64,000 nucleotides of DNA from Patescibacteria group bacterium (GCA_049322615.1 JBMORX010000005.1:395-64394), one strand, 5' to 3'; positions 26,998-37,628 are shown, counted from the stretch's first letter. Notes: a model not told the origin generated them from the sequence alone. A program made the numbers and translations.

Positions 26998-27216
26998 TTG
27001 ATATTTAAAATTCCCAAGATGAGTCCAACTGACCCACAGTTTTTATACATGATTTTGGTTCTGCCTACTCTTTTTGGGTTAACCTTGATAGGGGAGGGAT
27101 TAAATAAGATTTTGAAGAATGAAACCCAAGGTTGGCTTTCAATTGTTTTTGGAGCTTTATTTATCGGGGTGGTGATTTTCGCTTTCTTTTTCTTTTCTTC
27201 TGCCCTAAAGCCATAA
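26998..27216 (+). CDS. small membrane protein
   Basis: Two predicted TM segments. Confidence 0.3.
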   Translation: MIFKIPKMSPTDPQFLYMILVLPTLFGLTLIGEGLNKILKNETQGWLSIVFGALFIGVVIFAFFFFSSALKP

Positions 27217-27222
27217 AAATAT

Positions 27223-29040
27223 ATGAAATTTTCCGAACTTTCAAAGTTTCTTCAGGAACTTGAAGAGACATCCTCAAGAAATAGGATGATTGAGATTCTC
27301 GCCGAACTCTTCAAGGTTTCGAGTAAAGAGGAGATTGATAAAATCTGCTATCTAACTTTGGGGCAACTGGCGCCTTTATATGCTCAAGTTGAATTTAATT
27401 TGGCGGAAAAAATGATTGTGCGAGCTCTATCTTTGGGATACAATGTTAATCCAGAAAGTGTTGTTAAACAATATAAGAAGGTTGGTGATTTGGGAGACGT
27501 TGCCGAAGAGCTCGCAAAATCAAAAATCGCGCCGCCGGCAAAGCCTTCTCGCCGTCGCGAAGCCTCGCTATGGCGGAGCACGGTGGCGACGCACGGCAAA
27601 ACTCAAAAATCAAAATTGAGCGTTGTGGACGTCTACGAAAGATTAATGGATATTGCCACGGAAACAGGAGAGGGTAGCCAAGAAAGAAAACTTGGCGGAA
27701 TGGCAAAATTACTTTCAGAACTTGAGCCGCTTTCTGCCAAATATGTCGTCCGAATCCCCTTGGGAAGATTAAGACTTGGTTTTTCTGATTTAACAATTTT
27801 GGATGCCCTATCTTGGATGATCGCTGGCGATAAATCAAAAAGAGGGGAGATTGAGGAGGCTTTTAATGTTAGAGCCGATATTGGTCAAATTGCTAAATTG
27901 ATAAAAGAAAAGGGCCTGAAGGCCTTGGTGGGGATTAAGGTTTCTTTGGGAACGCCCATTATGCCGGCTTTATGCCAGAGGCTGCCAACGGCCGAGGAGA
28001 TGATTAAAAAAATGGTCCTTCGACAAGCTCAGGATAAAGTGGCGGTTGAGCCAAAATATGATGGCACTCGCCTTGGGGTTCATTTTTCCAGGCTACACCC
28101 CAGGGGTGTAAACGTCAATATTTTTACCAGAAATTTAGAAAATGTAGCTCAAATGTTTCCTGATATTACCGAAGCACTCCCCAAGGAGGTAAAAGCCAGA
28201 GAGGCAATTTTGGATGGAGAGGCAATAGGTTTTGATCCAAAAACCGGCAAGTTTTTGCCTTTCCAGGAAACAATTAAGAGAAAAAGGAAATATGAAGTCA
28301 AAGAGAAAGCCAAAGAAATTCCCTTAAAATATTTTGCCTTTGATATTTTATTTAAAGACGGAAAGGACTTGTTGGCTGTGCCTTTTGATCAAAGGCGACA
28401 GATTTTAGAAAAGACTCTTTCTCCGGCTAATCAAACCATTGTTCTTTCGCCGCAAATCGTGACTGATAATGCCGAAACTCTCCGCCGGTTCCATGATGAA
28501 CAAGTTAAAAACGGGCTTGAGGGAGCGGTGGTTAAAAAATGGCAAGCGCCCTATGATCCGGGCAGAAGAGGCTATACTTGGGTGAAATTTAAAGAAGAGG
28601 AGACAAAAAAGGGTGGAGGGTTGGCTGATACTTTGGATTGCGTGGTTATGGGATATTATAAAGGTAGGGGAAAAAGAGCCGGATTTGGAATTGGGGCTTT
28701 CTTGGTAGGAGTAAGGAGGGGAGAGGAATTTTTAACCATCTCAAAAATTGGCACGGGCCTAACAGATGAGCAATGGCGAGAGATGAGGGTGAGAAGTGAG
28801 AAGTGGGAAGTGGGAAGTCAGCCAAAGCAATACTTGGTTGATAAGAATCTGGTGCCTGATGTTTGGTGCCAGCCAGCGATTGTGGTTGAGATTCAGGCGG
28901 ATAATATTACTAAGTCGCCAATTCATACCGCCAAATATGCCCTGCGTTTTCCCCGGCTAGTCCGTTTTCGCGAGGACAAATCTCCACAAGAAGCAACCAC
29001 TCTTGCCGAAGCAGAAAAACTCTACCGGCTTCAAAAATAA
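27223..29040 (+). CDS. ATP-dependent DNA ligase
   Basis: Adenylation motif EPKYDGTRLGVHF (KxDG), OB-fold C-terminus; in-frame K-family/GC-palindrome insert 27520-27610. Confidence 0.8.
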   Translation: MKFSELSKFLQELEETSSRNRMIEILAELFKVSSKEEIDKICYLTLGQLAPLYAQVEFNLAEKMIVRALSLGYNVNPESVVKQYKKVGDLGDVAEELAKSKIAPPAKPSRRREASLWRSTVATHGKTQKSKLSVVDVYERLMDIATETGEGSQERKLGGMAKLLSELEPLSAKYVVRIPLGRLRLGFSDLTILDALSWMIAGDKSKRGEIEEAFNVRADIGQIAKLIKEKGLKALVGIKVSLGTPIMPALCQRLPTAEEMIKKMVLRQAQDKVAVEPKYDGTRLGVHFSRLHPRGVNVNIFTRNLENVAQMFPDITEALPKEVKAREAILDGEAIGFDPKTGKFLPFQETIKRKRKYEVKEKAKEIPLKYFAFDILFKDGKDLLAVPFDQRRQILEKTLSPANQTIVLSPQIVTDNAETLRRFHDEQVKNGLEGAVVKKWQAPYDPGRRGYTWVKFKEEETKKGGGLADTLDCVVMGYYKGRGKRAGFGIGAFLVGVRRGEEFLTISKIGTGLTDEQWREMRVRSEKWEVGSQPKQYLVDKNLVPDVWCQPAIVVEIQADNITKSPIHTAKYALRFPRLVRFREDKSPQEATTLAEAEKLYRLQK

Positions 29041-29332
29041 TTTTGCCGATTTCGTGTTAAAATGGGTTTAAAATATGGGAAAAGAAGGACAGATAATAGG
29101 AGAAGAATTTGGAGCTGGTTTTGTGGCTAGAAAAGCTAATGAGACAGCGATGCGTATTATACCAGTCGTCTATGAATTACAGACGGCATATCTTCATAGG
29201 GGAGGGTTAAAAGCAGTCGGGATATTGGTAGGGCTTTTGGTATGGTGGGAGATGCAAAAAAGGTTGGGTTTGCCTATTTCGCCAGGATTGTTTAAGAAAT
29301 AGGCAAACCCTAGAATGTGCTAAAATGAATTT

Positions 29333-31801
29333 GTGGACACTGGTTTGACTTCAGATGAAGCGCGAGCGCGCTTGGAGAAATTTGGTTTAAATACTTTACC
29401 CGAGAAGCCTCCGCCTTCTTCTTTTTTGATTCTTTTTGACCAGTTTAAATCACCCTTGGTTTATATTCTTCTTTTGGCTGCCTTAGTTACTCTTTTTTTA
29501 AGGGATTTTCCCGATACCGGAATTATTTTATTTGCCGTTTTCTTAAATACCATTTTGGGCTTTTATCAAGAGAGAAAAGCCAAAAGAGCGCTATATGCTT
29601 TAGCCAAAGTTTTAACCCCTCAAGCAAAAGTTATTCGCGATGGGGAAAGAAAAATAATTGATGCCAGGCATTTAGTTCCTGGGGACTTGGTGGTTTTGGA
29701 GATTGGGGACAAAATTCCTGCTGATGGAGTTTTAGTTGAGGCGGTTGATTTGAGTGTGAATGAAGCCGTCCTCACAGGCGAATCGGTACCTGTAAGGAAA
29801 GTGGCGATTGAGAATGTATTTATGGGAACTATTGTTGCTTCGGGAAGAGGTCTAATGCAGGTAAGACAAACTGGGACATTGACGAAAATGGGCGAGATTG
29901 CCAAAACTCTTAAAGAAAAAGAAGAAGAAACGCCGCTTGAGAGGCGGTTGGCTGATCTAGCCAAGACTTTGGCAATTTTAGTGATTGGGGCGGCTCTTTT
30001 TATTTTTTTAAGTGGAATAATTTTGGGTAAAAGCGTGACAGAGATGTTTACCACGAGCGTGGCTTTAGCGGTAGCGGCTATTCCCGAAGGTTTAGTCGTT
30101 TCCCTGACGGTCATTTTAGCCATTGGAGTGCAAAGAATTTTTAAAAGAAAGGCTTTAGTGAAAAATCTTGCCTCGGCCGAGACCTTGGGGAGTGTAACGA
30201 CAATCTGCGCCGATAAAACCGGAACTTTAACTGAAGGAAAGATGCGGGTAGTGAAAGCCGTTACCGAGGTGTCAAGGGCAGTTCACCTTAGAGGTGGTCC
30301 AGGTAGGACACCTCAGAAGGAATTACTGGTGATGGCGGCTGTTCTTTGCAATAATCTCCACGATCCTTTGGAGGTGGCGATGCTTGAGTGGGGGGAAAAA
30401 AATTTAATCCGCCAACAGGGCGGAGAAAATTTAAAATTGGAGTATCCGCGACTGGATGAAATACCGTTTTCGTCGCAGACAAAAATTATTGCCACCCTTC
30501 ATCCCGGAATACTTTTTGTTTCTGGGGCGCCGGAAGTGGTAATAAGCAAATGTCAAATGTCAAATATCAAATGGCAAATCTGGAAGAAAAAGTTTGAAGA
30601 ATATGGGAGGGAAGGATACCGACTGGTAGGATTTGCCTATAAAGAAATCGAAAATCAAAAATCAAAACTTAAAAATGAAGATTTAAAAGACCTTGAGTGG
30701 TTGGGACTTTTGCTTTATGAGGACCCGGTTCGGCCTGAGGTTAGCGGGGTATTAAGAGAGTGTCAGCAGGCAGGAATTAAGGTCAAAATTATCACCGGAG
30801 ACTATCCGGCGACTTCTTTGGCAGTTTTGGAAAAATTGGGAATAAGAGTCGCCCAAGACGAGGTGATGGAGGGAGAGGAGCTTGAGGAAATTTCTCAAGA
30901 GGAACTCAAGAAAAGAATTGACAAAATTATTCTTTTTGCCCGCACCGATCCCTTTCAAAAATTAAAAATTGTTGAGGTTCTTAAACAGAGAGGTGAGGTG
31001 GTGGCGATGACCGGCGATGGGGTGAACGATGCTCCTGCCTTACAAAAAGCCGATATTGGAATCGTGGTGAGGGAGTCGTCGGAGGTTGCTAAGGAAACGG
31101 CTGATATGGTTCTCCTTGATTCGAATTTCAAAACAATCGTGGCGGCGATTGAGGAGGGAAGGGGAATTTTTGATAATCTTCGAAAAATTGTCCTTTATCT
31201 TTTGGCTGATGCTTTCGGAGAGCTGATAGCAATTTTTGGGGCTTTATTGATGGGTTTTCCTCTACCTCTTTTGGTTGGCCAAATTCTTTGGATAAATCTT
31301 GTTTCTGATGGCTTTCCTGGCCTTGCCTTAACCGTTGATTCTAAAAGAGAAGGAATTATGAGGGAACTGCCGCTTAATCCAAAAGAAAGCCTCTTAAATT
31401 TAGAAATCAAGGTCTTGATTTTCTTAATCAGTCTTTTTGCCGGCCTTTCGACCTTATTTATTTTCTCTCTTTTTCTTCAACAGACAGGTGACCTTAGCCT
31501 TTCTCGCTCTTTGGCTTTTGCTCTTTTGGGGACTAATTCTTTGTTTTATGTTTTTTCCTGCCGCTTTCTCCGGAAGCCTTTCTGGCAAACGAATATTTTT
31601 TCAAACCATTGGTTGATTTTAGGGATTGGGGCGGGTTTTCTACTTTTGGTTTCTGCTTTTTATTTTCCTCCCTTGGTTTTTCTTTTACGAACCTCGTCTT
31701 TGGGTATTTTTGAGTGGGGGATGGTGATGGCAATGGGTCTTTTTGTCGTTATTTTGATTGAGGGAACAAAATTTGTTTTTGTGTTAAAATCGAAAAGATG
31801 A
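29333..31801 (+). CDS. P-type cation-transporting ATPase (type II, Ca2+/Mg2+-like)
   Basis: CADKTGTLTEG phosphorylation site, MTGDGVNDAPAL; in-frame K-family repeats at 30540-30585 and 30650-30685. Confidence 0.85.
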   Translation: MDTGLTSDEARARLEKFGLNTLPEKPPPSSFLILFDQFKSPLVYILLLAALVTLFLRDFPDTGIILFAVFLNTILGFYQERKAKRALYALAKVLTPQAKVIRDGERKIIDARHLVPGDLVVLEIGDKIPADGVLVEAVDLSVNEAVLTGESVPVRKVAIENVFMGTIVASGRGLMQVRQTGTLTKMGEIAKTLKEKEEETPLERRLADLAKTLAILVIGAALFIFLSGIILGKSVTEMFTTSVALAVAAIPEGLVVSLTVILAIGVQRIFKRKALVKNLASAETLGSVTTICADKTGTLTEGKMRVVKAVTEVSRAVHLRGGPGRTPQKELLVMAAVLCNNLHDPLEVAMLEWGEKNLIRQQGGENLKLEYPRLDEIPFSSQTKIIATLHPGILFVSGAPEVVISKCQMSNIKWQIWKKKFEEYGREGYRLVGFAYKEIENQKSKLKNEDLKDLEWLGLLLYEDPVRPEVSGVLRECQQAGIKVKIITGDYPATSLAVLEKLGIRVAQDEVMEGEELEEISQEELKKRIDKIILFARTDPFQKLKIVEVLKQRGEVVAMTGDGVNDAPALQKADIGIVVRESSEVAKETADMVLLDSNFKTIVAAIEEGRGIFDNLRKIVLYLLADAFGELIAIFGALLMGFPLPLLVGQILWINLVSDGFPGLALTVDSKREGIMRELPLNPKESLLNLEIKVLIFLISLFAGLSTLFIFSLFLQQTGDLSLSRSLAFALLGTNSLFYVFSCRFLRKPFWQTNIFSNHWLILGIGAGFLLLVSAFYFPPLVFLLRTSSLGIFEWGMVMAMGLFVVILIEGTKFVFVLKSKR

Positions 31802-32736
31802 TAATTGCCCTTTTTTCCTTTTTTATAAGTCTTGCGGTTGTTATTTTTGGAGCAAAGCTTCTTCTGGCGGCTTCAATCTCTTTATCCCGCTTTTTACGTC
31901 TTCCGGAAATGGTTGTTGGGGCAACCCTGGTTTCCTTAATTACGACGATGCCGGAAAATCTTGTTTCTATCTTTGCCTCTGTTAGTGCTCACCGCGGGCT
32001 GGCTTTGGGTGATGTTGTTGGGAGCGGCTTAGTCAATTTAGGGCTTATTTTTGGGATAGTTCTTTTGGCTGGTCATGGCCAAGGCGAGAAAGAAGGAAGA
32101 GGGAGGAGAAGAAGTCTTATTCTTTTTTGTTTAGTCCTTTTGATTTCACTTTGGCTTTTAATTTTTGGCAAAATTGGTTCTTATGGGGGAGCTGCCCTAA
32201 TTTTGGCTGCCTTTGTTTTTCTTGGTTATACCTTTTGGTACACTTTAAAGGAATCAGGCGAAAGTTTAAAAATTATTGAAATTAAACTTGAAACCCACCC
32301 AAAAGTAATTTTTAAGTTTTTCTTAGGAGCTCTGCTTTTAATCTTGGGGGCAAGATTTTTGGTTTCTTCAGGCGTTAGTCTTGCCCAAATTTTAGGCTTG
32401 CCAGAGATTTTAATTGGAATTACCTTGGTGGCGGTTGGAACTTCGCTTCCCGAACTTGCGACTGCCTTAACTGCTTTATTTTCTGGTCACGAAAAACTTT
32501 CTTTGGGCAACCTAACCGGAGCAACAGTTCTGACTTTTACTTTAGCCCTAGGGTTGGTGGCGGTAATTTCTGGGGTTGAAGCGGGAGAAGAGAAGTTAAA
32601 AATTGATTTCTTGGCGCTTTTGCTATTTAGCGGTTTAACTTTGGTTTTTGCTCATTTTCCAAAACTTCCCCAAAGAATCCTGGGCGGAATTCTGGTTATT
32701 AGTTATTTTTGCTATCTTGGTTATTTATTTTTGTAA
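31798..32736 (+). CDS. Ca2+/Na+ antiporter (CaCA family, YrbG-like)
   Basis: Two alpha-repeat regions GDVVGSGLVNL / GTSLPELATAL. Confidence 0.8.
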   Translation: MIIALFSFFISLAVVIFGAKLLLAASISLSRFLRLPEMVVGATLVSLITTMPENLVSIFASVSAHRGLALGDVVGSGLVNLGLIFGIVLLAGHGQGEKEGRGRRRSLILFCLVLLISLWLLIFGKIGSYGGAALILAAFVFLGYTFWYTLKESGESLKIIEIKLETHPKVIFKFFLGALLLILGARFLVSSGVSLAQILGLPEILIGITLVAVGTSLPELATALTALFSGHEKLSLGNLTGATVLTFTLALGLVAVISGVEAGEEKLKIDFLALLLFSGLTLVFAHFPKLPQRILGGILVISYFCYLGYLFL

Positions 32737-32876
32737 TGAAGATAATCGCTGATCTACATTTTCATAGTAAGTACTCACGCGCCCCGTCTAATCTTAGCAC
32801 TCGGCTTTTCAGTACTATTCGTACACGCCTCGTGCTGCGATTTTTACGGGGCAGCTTTTTAATGGTGTTAAAATAG
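32736..32876 (+). CDS. upstream ORF: N-terminal mimic of the PHP protein (MKIIADLHFHSKYSRA) running through E-family element; stops 4 nt before main ATG
   Basis: Start overlaps CaCA stop (TAATG); element-encoded tail SNLSTRLFSTIRTRLVLRFL resembles the pth uORF tail. Confidence 0.5.
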   Translation: MKIIADLHFHSKYSRAPSNLSTRLFSTIRTRLVLRFLRGSFLMVLK

Positions 32877-32880
32877 TCCT

Positions 32881-34299
32881 ATGCAGATCACTGCTGACTT
32901 GCACTTCCATAGTAAGTACTCACGCGCGGTTTCCCAACAAATGGTTTTGCCGGAAATCGCCAAATGGGCCAACTTTAAGGGAATTGATTTAGTCACCACC
33001 GCTGATTTCACTCACCCCTTATGGCTTAGGGAGATTAAGGCAAATCTTGAGGAGAAAAGGGAGGGAATTTATAGAGTTAAAGGTCAAGAAAAACCCTTAT
33101 TTTTATTGACAACGGAAATCTCAAGCATTTATACCCAAAATGGAAAACTTAGGCGAATTCACAATCTGGTCTTTGCCCCAAATTTAGAAGAAGCGGAAAA
33201 AATTGAGACAGAGTTGGCCAGGAGAGGGAATGTCATGTCTGATGGTCGGCCGATTTTTGGGCTTTCCGCTCGGGATATTGCGGATTTGATTTTAAACCTT
33301 TCCCCGGAAGCGTTGATTGTCCCAGCGCATTGCTGGACTCCCCATTTCGCTTTGTATGGTTCAGAATCTGGATTTGATTCTATCGAAGAATGTTTCGGTG
33401 ACATGGCGAAAAATATTTATGCAGTGGAGACCGGTTTGTCAAGTAGCCCTGAAATGAACTGGAGAGTAGGGGAACTAGATAGACGGTCAATTATTTCCTG
33501 CTCCGATGCCCATTCGGGGGCAAAATTGGGAAGAGAAGCAACAGTGTTTGAGATAGAAGATATCAAGAAATTAAGATATGAAGATATTAGGGAAGCGATA
33601 AGAAGTGGGGGTGGGAAGTGGGAAATGGGTCGGGAAGTGGGGGTGGGAAGTGAGGAGAAAAGAGGAAAACCCCACATCTCATACACAATTGAATTCTATC
33701 CCGAGGAGGGGAAATACCATTATACTGGGCATCGAAATTGTAATGTTCGCCAATCGCCCGAAGAAACCCGCCGGCTGGGCGAGGTGTGCCCTGTATGTGG
33801 TAAACATTTGACCGTTGGAGTGATGCATCGCGTAGAAGAGCTGGCAACGCGCGAAATTTCCGCCTTCGCTAAAGCTTCGGCGGACAAGAAAAATGAAAAA
33901 CCTGCCTCGCCGACAGGCGGGTTAAAAATTAAAAATGACGAAAAAGAGGTGAAGTGGATTGGATACGAGAATAGACCTCCTTATGTGATGTTAGTCCCGC
34001 TTTTGGAGATTTTAGCCGAGTCACTAAATACCATTATTAGTAGTCAAAAGGTAATTTCCGAGTACAGAAAGTTAACAGAGAATTTTAGGGGAGAATTTGG
34101 GGTTTTACTAAACACTGATATTTCTGAAATTGCCAAAATTTCCGGTCTAAGGATAGCCGAGGGAATAAAAAAAGTCCGCTCTGGTGATATTGTCGTTGAC
34201 CCGGGTTACGACGGCGTCTTTGGCACCGTCAAAATCTGGCCCGAGGGAAAAGATGTTGCCAAAGAGGAAGAAGAAAAAGAACAACTAGCATTATTCTAA
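32881..34299 (+). CDS. PHP-domain phosphoesterase with C-terminal zinc ribbon, endonuclease Q-like
   Basis: ADLHFHSKYSRA PHP metal site; CPVCGKHLTVGVMHRVEEL; in-frame gtgggaag repeat (KWEMGREVGVGSEE). Confidence 0.55.
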   Translation: MQITADLHFHSKYSRAVSQQMVLPEIAKWANFKGIDLVTTADFTHPLWLREIKANLEEKREGIYRVKGQEKPLFLLTTEISSIYTQNGKLRRIHNLVFAPNLEEAEKIETELARRGNVMSDGRPIFGLSARDIADLILNLSPEALIVPAHCWTPHFALYGSESGFDSIEECFGDMAKNIYAVETGLSSSPEMNWRVGELDRRSIISCSDAHSGAKLGREATVFEIEDIKKLRYEDIREAIRSGGGKWEMGREVGVGSEEKRGKPHISYTIEFYPEEGKYHYTGHRNCNVRQSPEETRRLGEVCPVCGKHLTVGVMHRVEELATREISAFAKASADKKNEKPASPTGGLKIKNDEKEVKWIGYENRPPYVMLVPLLEILAESLNTIISSQKVISEYRKLTENFRGEFGVLLNTDISEIAKISGLRIAEGIKKVRSGDIVVDPGYDGVFGTVKIWPEGKDVAKEEEEKEQLALF

Positions 34300-34308
34300 C
34301 TAATTGCT

Positions 34309-34329
34309 TGACAGGGTCCGTCCCTGTCA
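34309..34329. repeat. H-family hairpin tgacagggtccgtccctgtca
   Basis: 8-bp stem, 5-nt loop; copies at 40799 (in frame in mpg), 50780, 51841. Confidence 0.6.
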
Positions 34330-34389
34330 GGGAACGCGACCAGGAAACGAGGCCTGGGTGGATTTCCTACTTCTGTTCTAGGCTAAGGT

Positions 34390-35370
34390 ATGGAACCAAT
34401 AAAACTTAAGACAAAAACAGAATTAGAAGTAATTCCCACTTCTCCTTTTCATTTTGATTCGACTTTTTATAAGCCGGCGCATTTTCCAACCAAAGATATG
34501 AGATACGAGCCGGGAAAAAGATGGCAGACCATGCTTTGGAACGAAGAAAAACTTGGCCTGATTTTCGAGAATTCTGGGACCAGGGAGAATCCGCGAGTTA
34601 CTGTTTATATCTTTTCCAAAGAAAAACTTTCTCCTGAATTTCTGAAATCATTGAAAAAAGAAATTATTTGGCGATTTAATCTGGATTTGGATTTGTCTGG
34701 ATTTTACCAAGATGTTAGCCAAGATCCGCTTCTTAAGCCGATTATCAAAAGATTTTATGGGTTGCGACCCATGCATGCCGGTTCTTTATATGAATATTTA
34801 ATTATTGATATTGTTTTGCAAAATGCTCAAGTTAAAAGAAGTGTTTATATGATGCAAACACTTTTTGAGAATTATGGGAGTTTACTTGAATTTGATAATC
34901 AGAAATTCTGGGCTTTCTGGGAACCAAGGGTTTTAGTTCAAACAAGCGAGCAAAAACTGCGCGATTTGAAAATGGGTTATCGAGCTAAATCTTTGATTAA
35001 AGTTTCTGAACCGTTCTCAAGCGGAGAAATTGACGAATTAAAGTTAAGAAATGCTTCCCAAGAAGAGCAGGAGAAAACCCTTCTTTCCCTTTACGGAATC
35101 GGTCCAGCCTCAGTTGGCTATATTATGTTTGATGTTTTCCATCGCTTTGATTTTCTAAAACACATCTCTCCCTGGGAGCAGAAAATTTATAACAAAATAT
35201 TTTTTAATAAAGACTGGGAGAAAGAACTGGTGCCGGTTAGAGAAATGCTAAGATATTTTCAGAAATGGGGAAAATGGAAAAATCTGGCGGTTCATTATGT
35301 TTGGGAAGATATTTGGTGGCGCCGAAGGAAAAAGCATCTTCCCTGGCTTGAAAGACTGATTCGGCTTTAA
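34390..35370 (+). CDS. HhH-GPD base-excision DNA glycosylase (AlkA-like, with AlkA N-terminal domain)
   Basis: LLSLYGIGPASVGYIMFDVF helix-hairpin-helix + Gly/Pro loop + catalytic Asp. Confidence 0.6.
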   Translation: MEPIKLKTKTELEVIPTSPFHFDSTFYKPAHFPTKDMRYEPGKRWQTMLWNEEKLGLIFENSGTRENPRVTVYIFSKEKLSPEFLKSLKKEIIWRFNLDLDLSGFYQDVSQDPLLKPIIKRFYGLRPMHAGSLYEYLIIDIVLQNAQVKRSVYMMQTLFENYGSLLEFDNQKFWAFWEPRVLVQTSEQKLRDLKMGYRAKSLIKVSEPFSSGEIDELKLRNASQEEQEKTLLSLYGIGPASVGYIMFDVFHRFDFLKHISPWEQKIYNKIFFNKDWEKELVPVREMLRYFQKWGKWKNLAVHYVWEDIWWRRRKKHLPWLERLIRL

Positions 35371-35589
35371 ATGGGACACAGCCAGAAGCGGTCGCGTGTA
35401 GCTGTGTCCCAAAAGAGGTTGGGGAAAATGAAGATTTTAGAGAAAGTTAATAATTTTTCTAAAGCAAAACTGATTTTTTTGATTGTGGCGGTGGGTTTCC
35501 TTGTTTATTTCAACTCTCTTTTTAATGGTTTTGTTTGGGATGATGAGGAACAGATTGTCAAAAATCCCCTGATCCAAGCAAAAGATTGA
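35371..35589 (+). CDS. small membrane protein
   Basis: 72 aa, one TM. Confidence 0.3.
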   Translation: MGHSQKRSRVAVSQKRLGKMKILEKVNNFSKAKLIFLIVAVGFLVYFNSLFNGFVWDDEEQIVKNPLIQAKD

Positions 35590-35745
35590 TTTTTGAATTT
35601 ACACCCCTTGACCCCGTATGGTCTTACTTCTCACCTTTTCACCCCGATTTAATCGGGGACGGTTCGTGCTGCAATTTTAACGGGGCTTGACAATGGTTAA
35701 GTATTTATGAAAGGATATATTTAGTAATTGAATGTGAGACGAAAT

Positions 35746-35860
35746 CACTGAAAGCACAGAAATTTCAGTGCTTTCTGTTAAATTCAGTGCTCTTTCGGTG
35801 ATTAGGGGGTGCATTCGGAAACAGAACTTCCTACTCCTGAAGGCACAGAGAAAGGGGGTG
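35746..35860 (+). promoter_or_regulatory. A-family leader element copy 2 (ends gaaagggggtg 10 nt before ATG 35871)
   Basis: See 468-580. Confidence 0.5.
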
Positions 35861-35870
35861 AAAAATAAAA

Positions 35871-36197
35871 ATGGCAGAAGGAAAAACCGGAACTGGGCTT
35901 CCGACAAACACGGCCGCCGCTTTGTCCTATGTCTTAGGCTGGCTAACCGGCATCGTTTTTCTCTTAATTGAGAAAGACCCATTTGTTCGCTTCCACGCCA
36001 TGCAGTCAATCATTACTTTCGGGCTTTTGACAGTTTTGTCCTTTGTTCCGATAGTTGGCTGGATGCTGTCTCCATTTTTAATGATAATTGGGTTTATTCT
36101 CTGGTTAGTTTTAATCTTCAAGGCTTATCAGGGAGAAAAGTTTAAGGTGCCGGTGATTGGCGATTTTGCCGAAAAGCAGGTAGAAAAAGTAAAATAA
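35871..36197 (+). CDS. small multi-pass membrane protein (DUF4870-like)
   Basis: Three predicted TM helices, conserved FHAMQS block. Confidence 0.5.
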   Translation: MAEGKTGTGLPTNTAAALSYVLGWLTGIVFLLIEKDPFVRFHAMQSIITFGLLTVLSFVPIVGWMLSPFLMIIGFILWLVLIFKAYQGEKFKVPVIGDFAEKQVEKVK

Positions 36198-36324
36198 ATT
36201 GACCTAATTAACCTAATTTCTAATTGACCTAAAATTTTGGTCATTTGGAAATTGGGATTTGATTAGAATAATTAGAAATTAGTAATTAGAAATTTTTTTT
36301 GGCTCCTGTTATACTTCTTGTTAG

Positions 36325-36951
36325 ATGATCTTCAAAAATCGCCAAGAGGCAGGAAAGAAACTAGCGACTAAGCTACAAAGCCACAAAGCAACCAAGAATT
36401 TACTGGTGTTAGCGATTCCGAGGGGGGGAGTGGTGGTGGGGAAAATTCTTGCCCAAGCGCTGAATTGTCCTTTGGATGTTTTGATTACCAGAAAGGTTGG
36501 CGCTCCGGGAAATCCGGAATTGGCAATTGGCGCGGTTGGACCAGGGGGAATAAGAATAATAGACTGGGATTTGGTAGAAAGAGTGGGAGCAGACAATAAT
36601 TATATTAAAAAGCAAATATCAAATATCAAAAAGGAAATCGAAGAGAAAGAAAAAAAATTTAGGATAGGTAAGAAACCGCTTGAGGTTAAAGATAAAATTG
36701 TTATCTTAACCGATGACGGGATTGCCACTGGAGCAACAACTGAAGCCGCCATTGCCTGGTTAAGAACAAAAAAAGCAAAAAAGATAATTTTGGCCGTTCC
36801 GGTGGCGCCGCCAGAGGTGGTTGAGAAATTAAAGCCCTTAGTTGATGAACTAATGGTTCTTGATCAGCCAGAATTTTTCGCCGCTGTTGGTCAATTTTAT
36901 CAAGAATTTGAACAAGTAACGGACGACAAAGTCGTCGAGTTACTTAAGTAA
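36325..36951 (+). CDS. phosphoribosyltransferase family protein
   Basis: PRPP-binding motif VILTDDGIATGATT; in-frame K-family insert (KKQISNIKKEIEE). Confidence 0.7.
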   Translation: MIFKNRQEAGKKLATKLQSHKATKNLLVLAIPRGGVVVGKILAQALNCPLDVLITRKVGAPGNPELAIGAVGPGGIRIIDWDLVERVGADNNYIKKQISNIKKEIEEKEKKFRIGKKPLEVKDKIVILTDDGIATGATTEAAIAWLRTKKAKKIILAVPVAPPEVVEKLKPLVDELMVLDQPEFFAAVGQFYQEFEQVTDDKVVELLK

Positions 36952-36959
36952 TTAAATCC

Positions 36960-37628
36960 ATGTTAGACCGGACTGAAAGGTCGAGACAGGAAAATCTTTT
37001 AGAAGAAGCCATCCAAGAGTATAAAACCCAGCCCCATACTCCAGAATTAGTTACCAAAACCTGGGAAAGACTGTGGCAAGTTTGGGGAGGAGGAGTAAAT
37101 CTTAATTTTATTGTTCCGGCTTGTAATCGTCCCCAAGAAAAGTTAGTCGAGCTTGAAAATTTGCCAGAACCCAGGATGATGATATATTGTCCGGATAAGA
37201 TAGCCACCCCTGAAGGTCTTTTTCTCCTTGGTGAAATATTCCCCCATATGGAAAGCTGGAGTCTTGAAAAAGGAGCCCGAGTGATAAATGAGGTTAACGT
37301 TGGTGGTTGGTATGATATTGAGGCAAGGATTGAGGCGCCCTATACCGGAACAACCGAAGATGGGTTGAGAAAATTATTTGCCTCCCAAGGAAGAACTGGT
37401 CAAAGGCTGGCTACCTATATTATTGGTGCTCAATTTAGTTTTTTAATTACCGGTCATTATTTTGATGATAGCCGTTCAAGGCAGTCTCGTCTGCTCGGGT
37501 CTCGCTGCTGGGACCGTGTTCTCTATGCCCGTTTTCATTGGAGTGGTCGCCTGATCGTTTTTGCGGACCTTCTTCCCCAGTTTCACGATTCGCTAACTGG
37601 TGGTCGCTCTGAGGTTTTGGTTGGGTGA
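36960..37628 (+). CDS. hypothetical protein
   Basis: 222-aa ORF. Confidence 0.3.
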   Translation: MLDRTERSRQENLLEEAIQEYKTQPHTPELVTKTWERLWQVWGGGVNLNFIVPACNRPQEKLVELENLPEPRMMIYCPDKIATPEGLFLLGEIFPHMESWSLEKGARVINEVNVGGWYDIEARIEAPYTGTTEDGLRKLFASQGRTGQRLATYIIGAQFSFLITGHYFDDSRSRQSRLLGSRCWDRVLYARFHWSGRLIVFADLLPQFHDSLTGGRSEVLVG

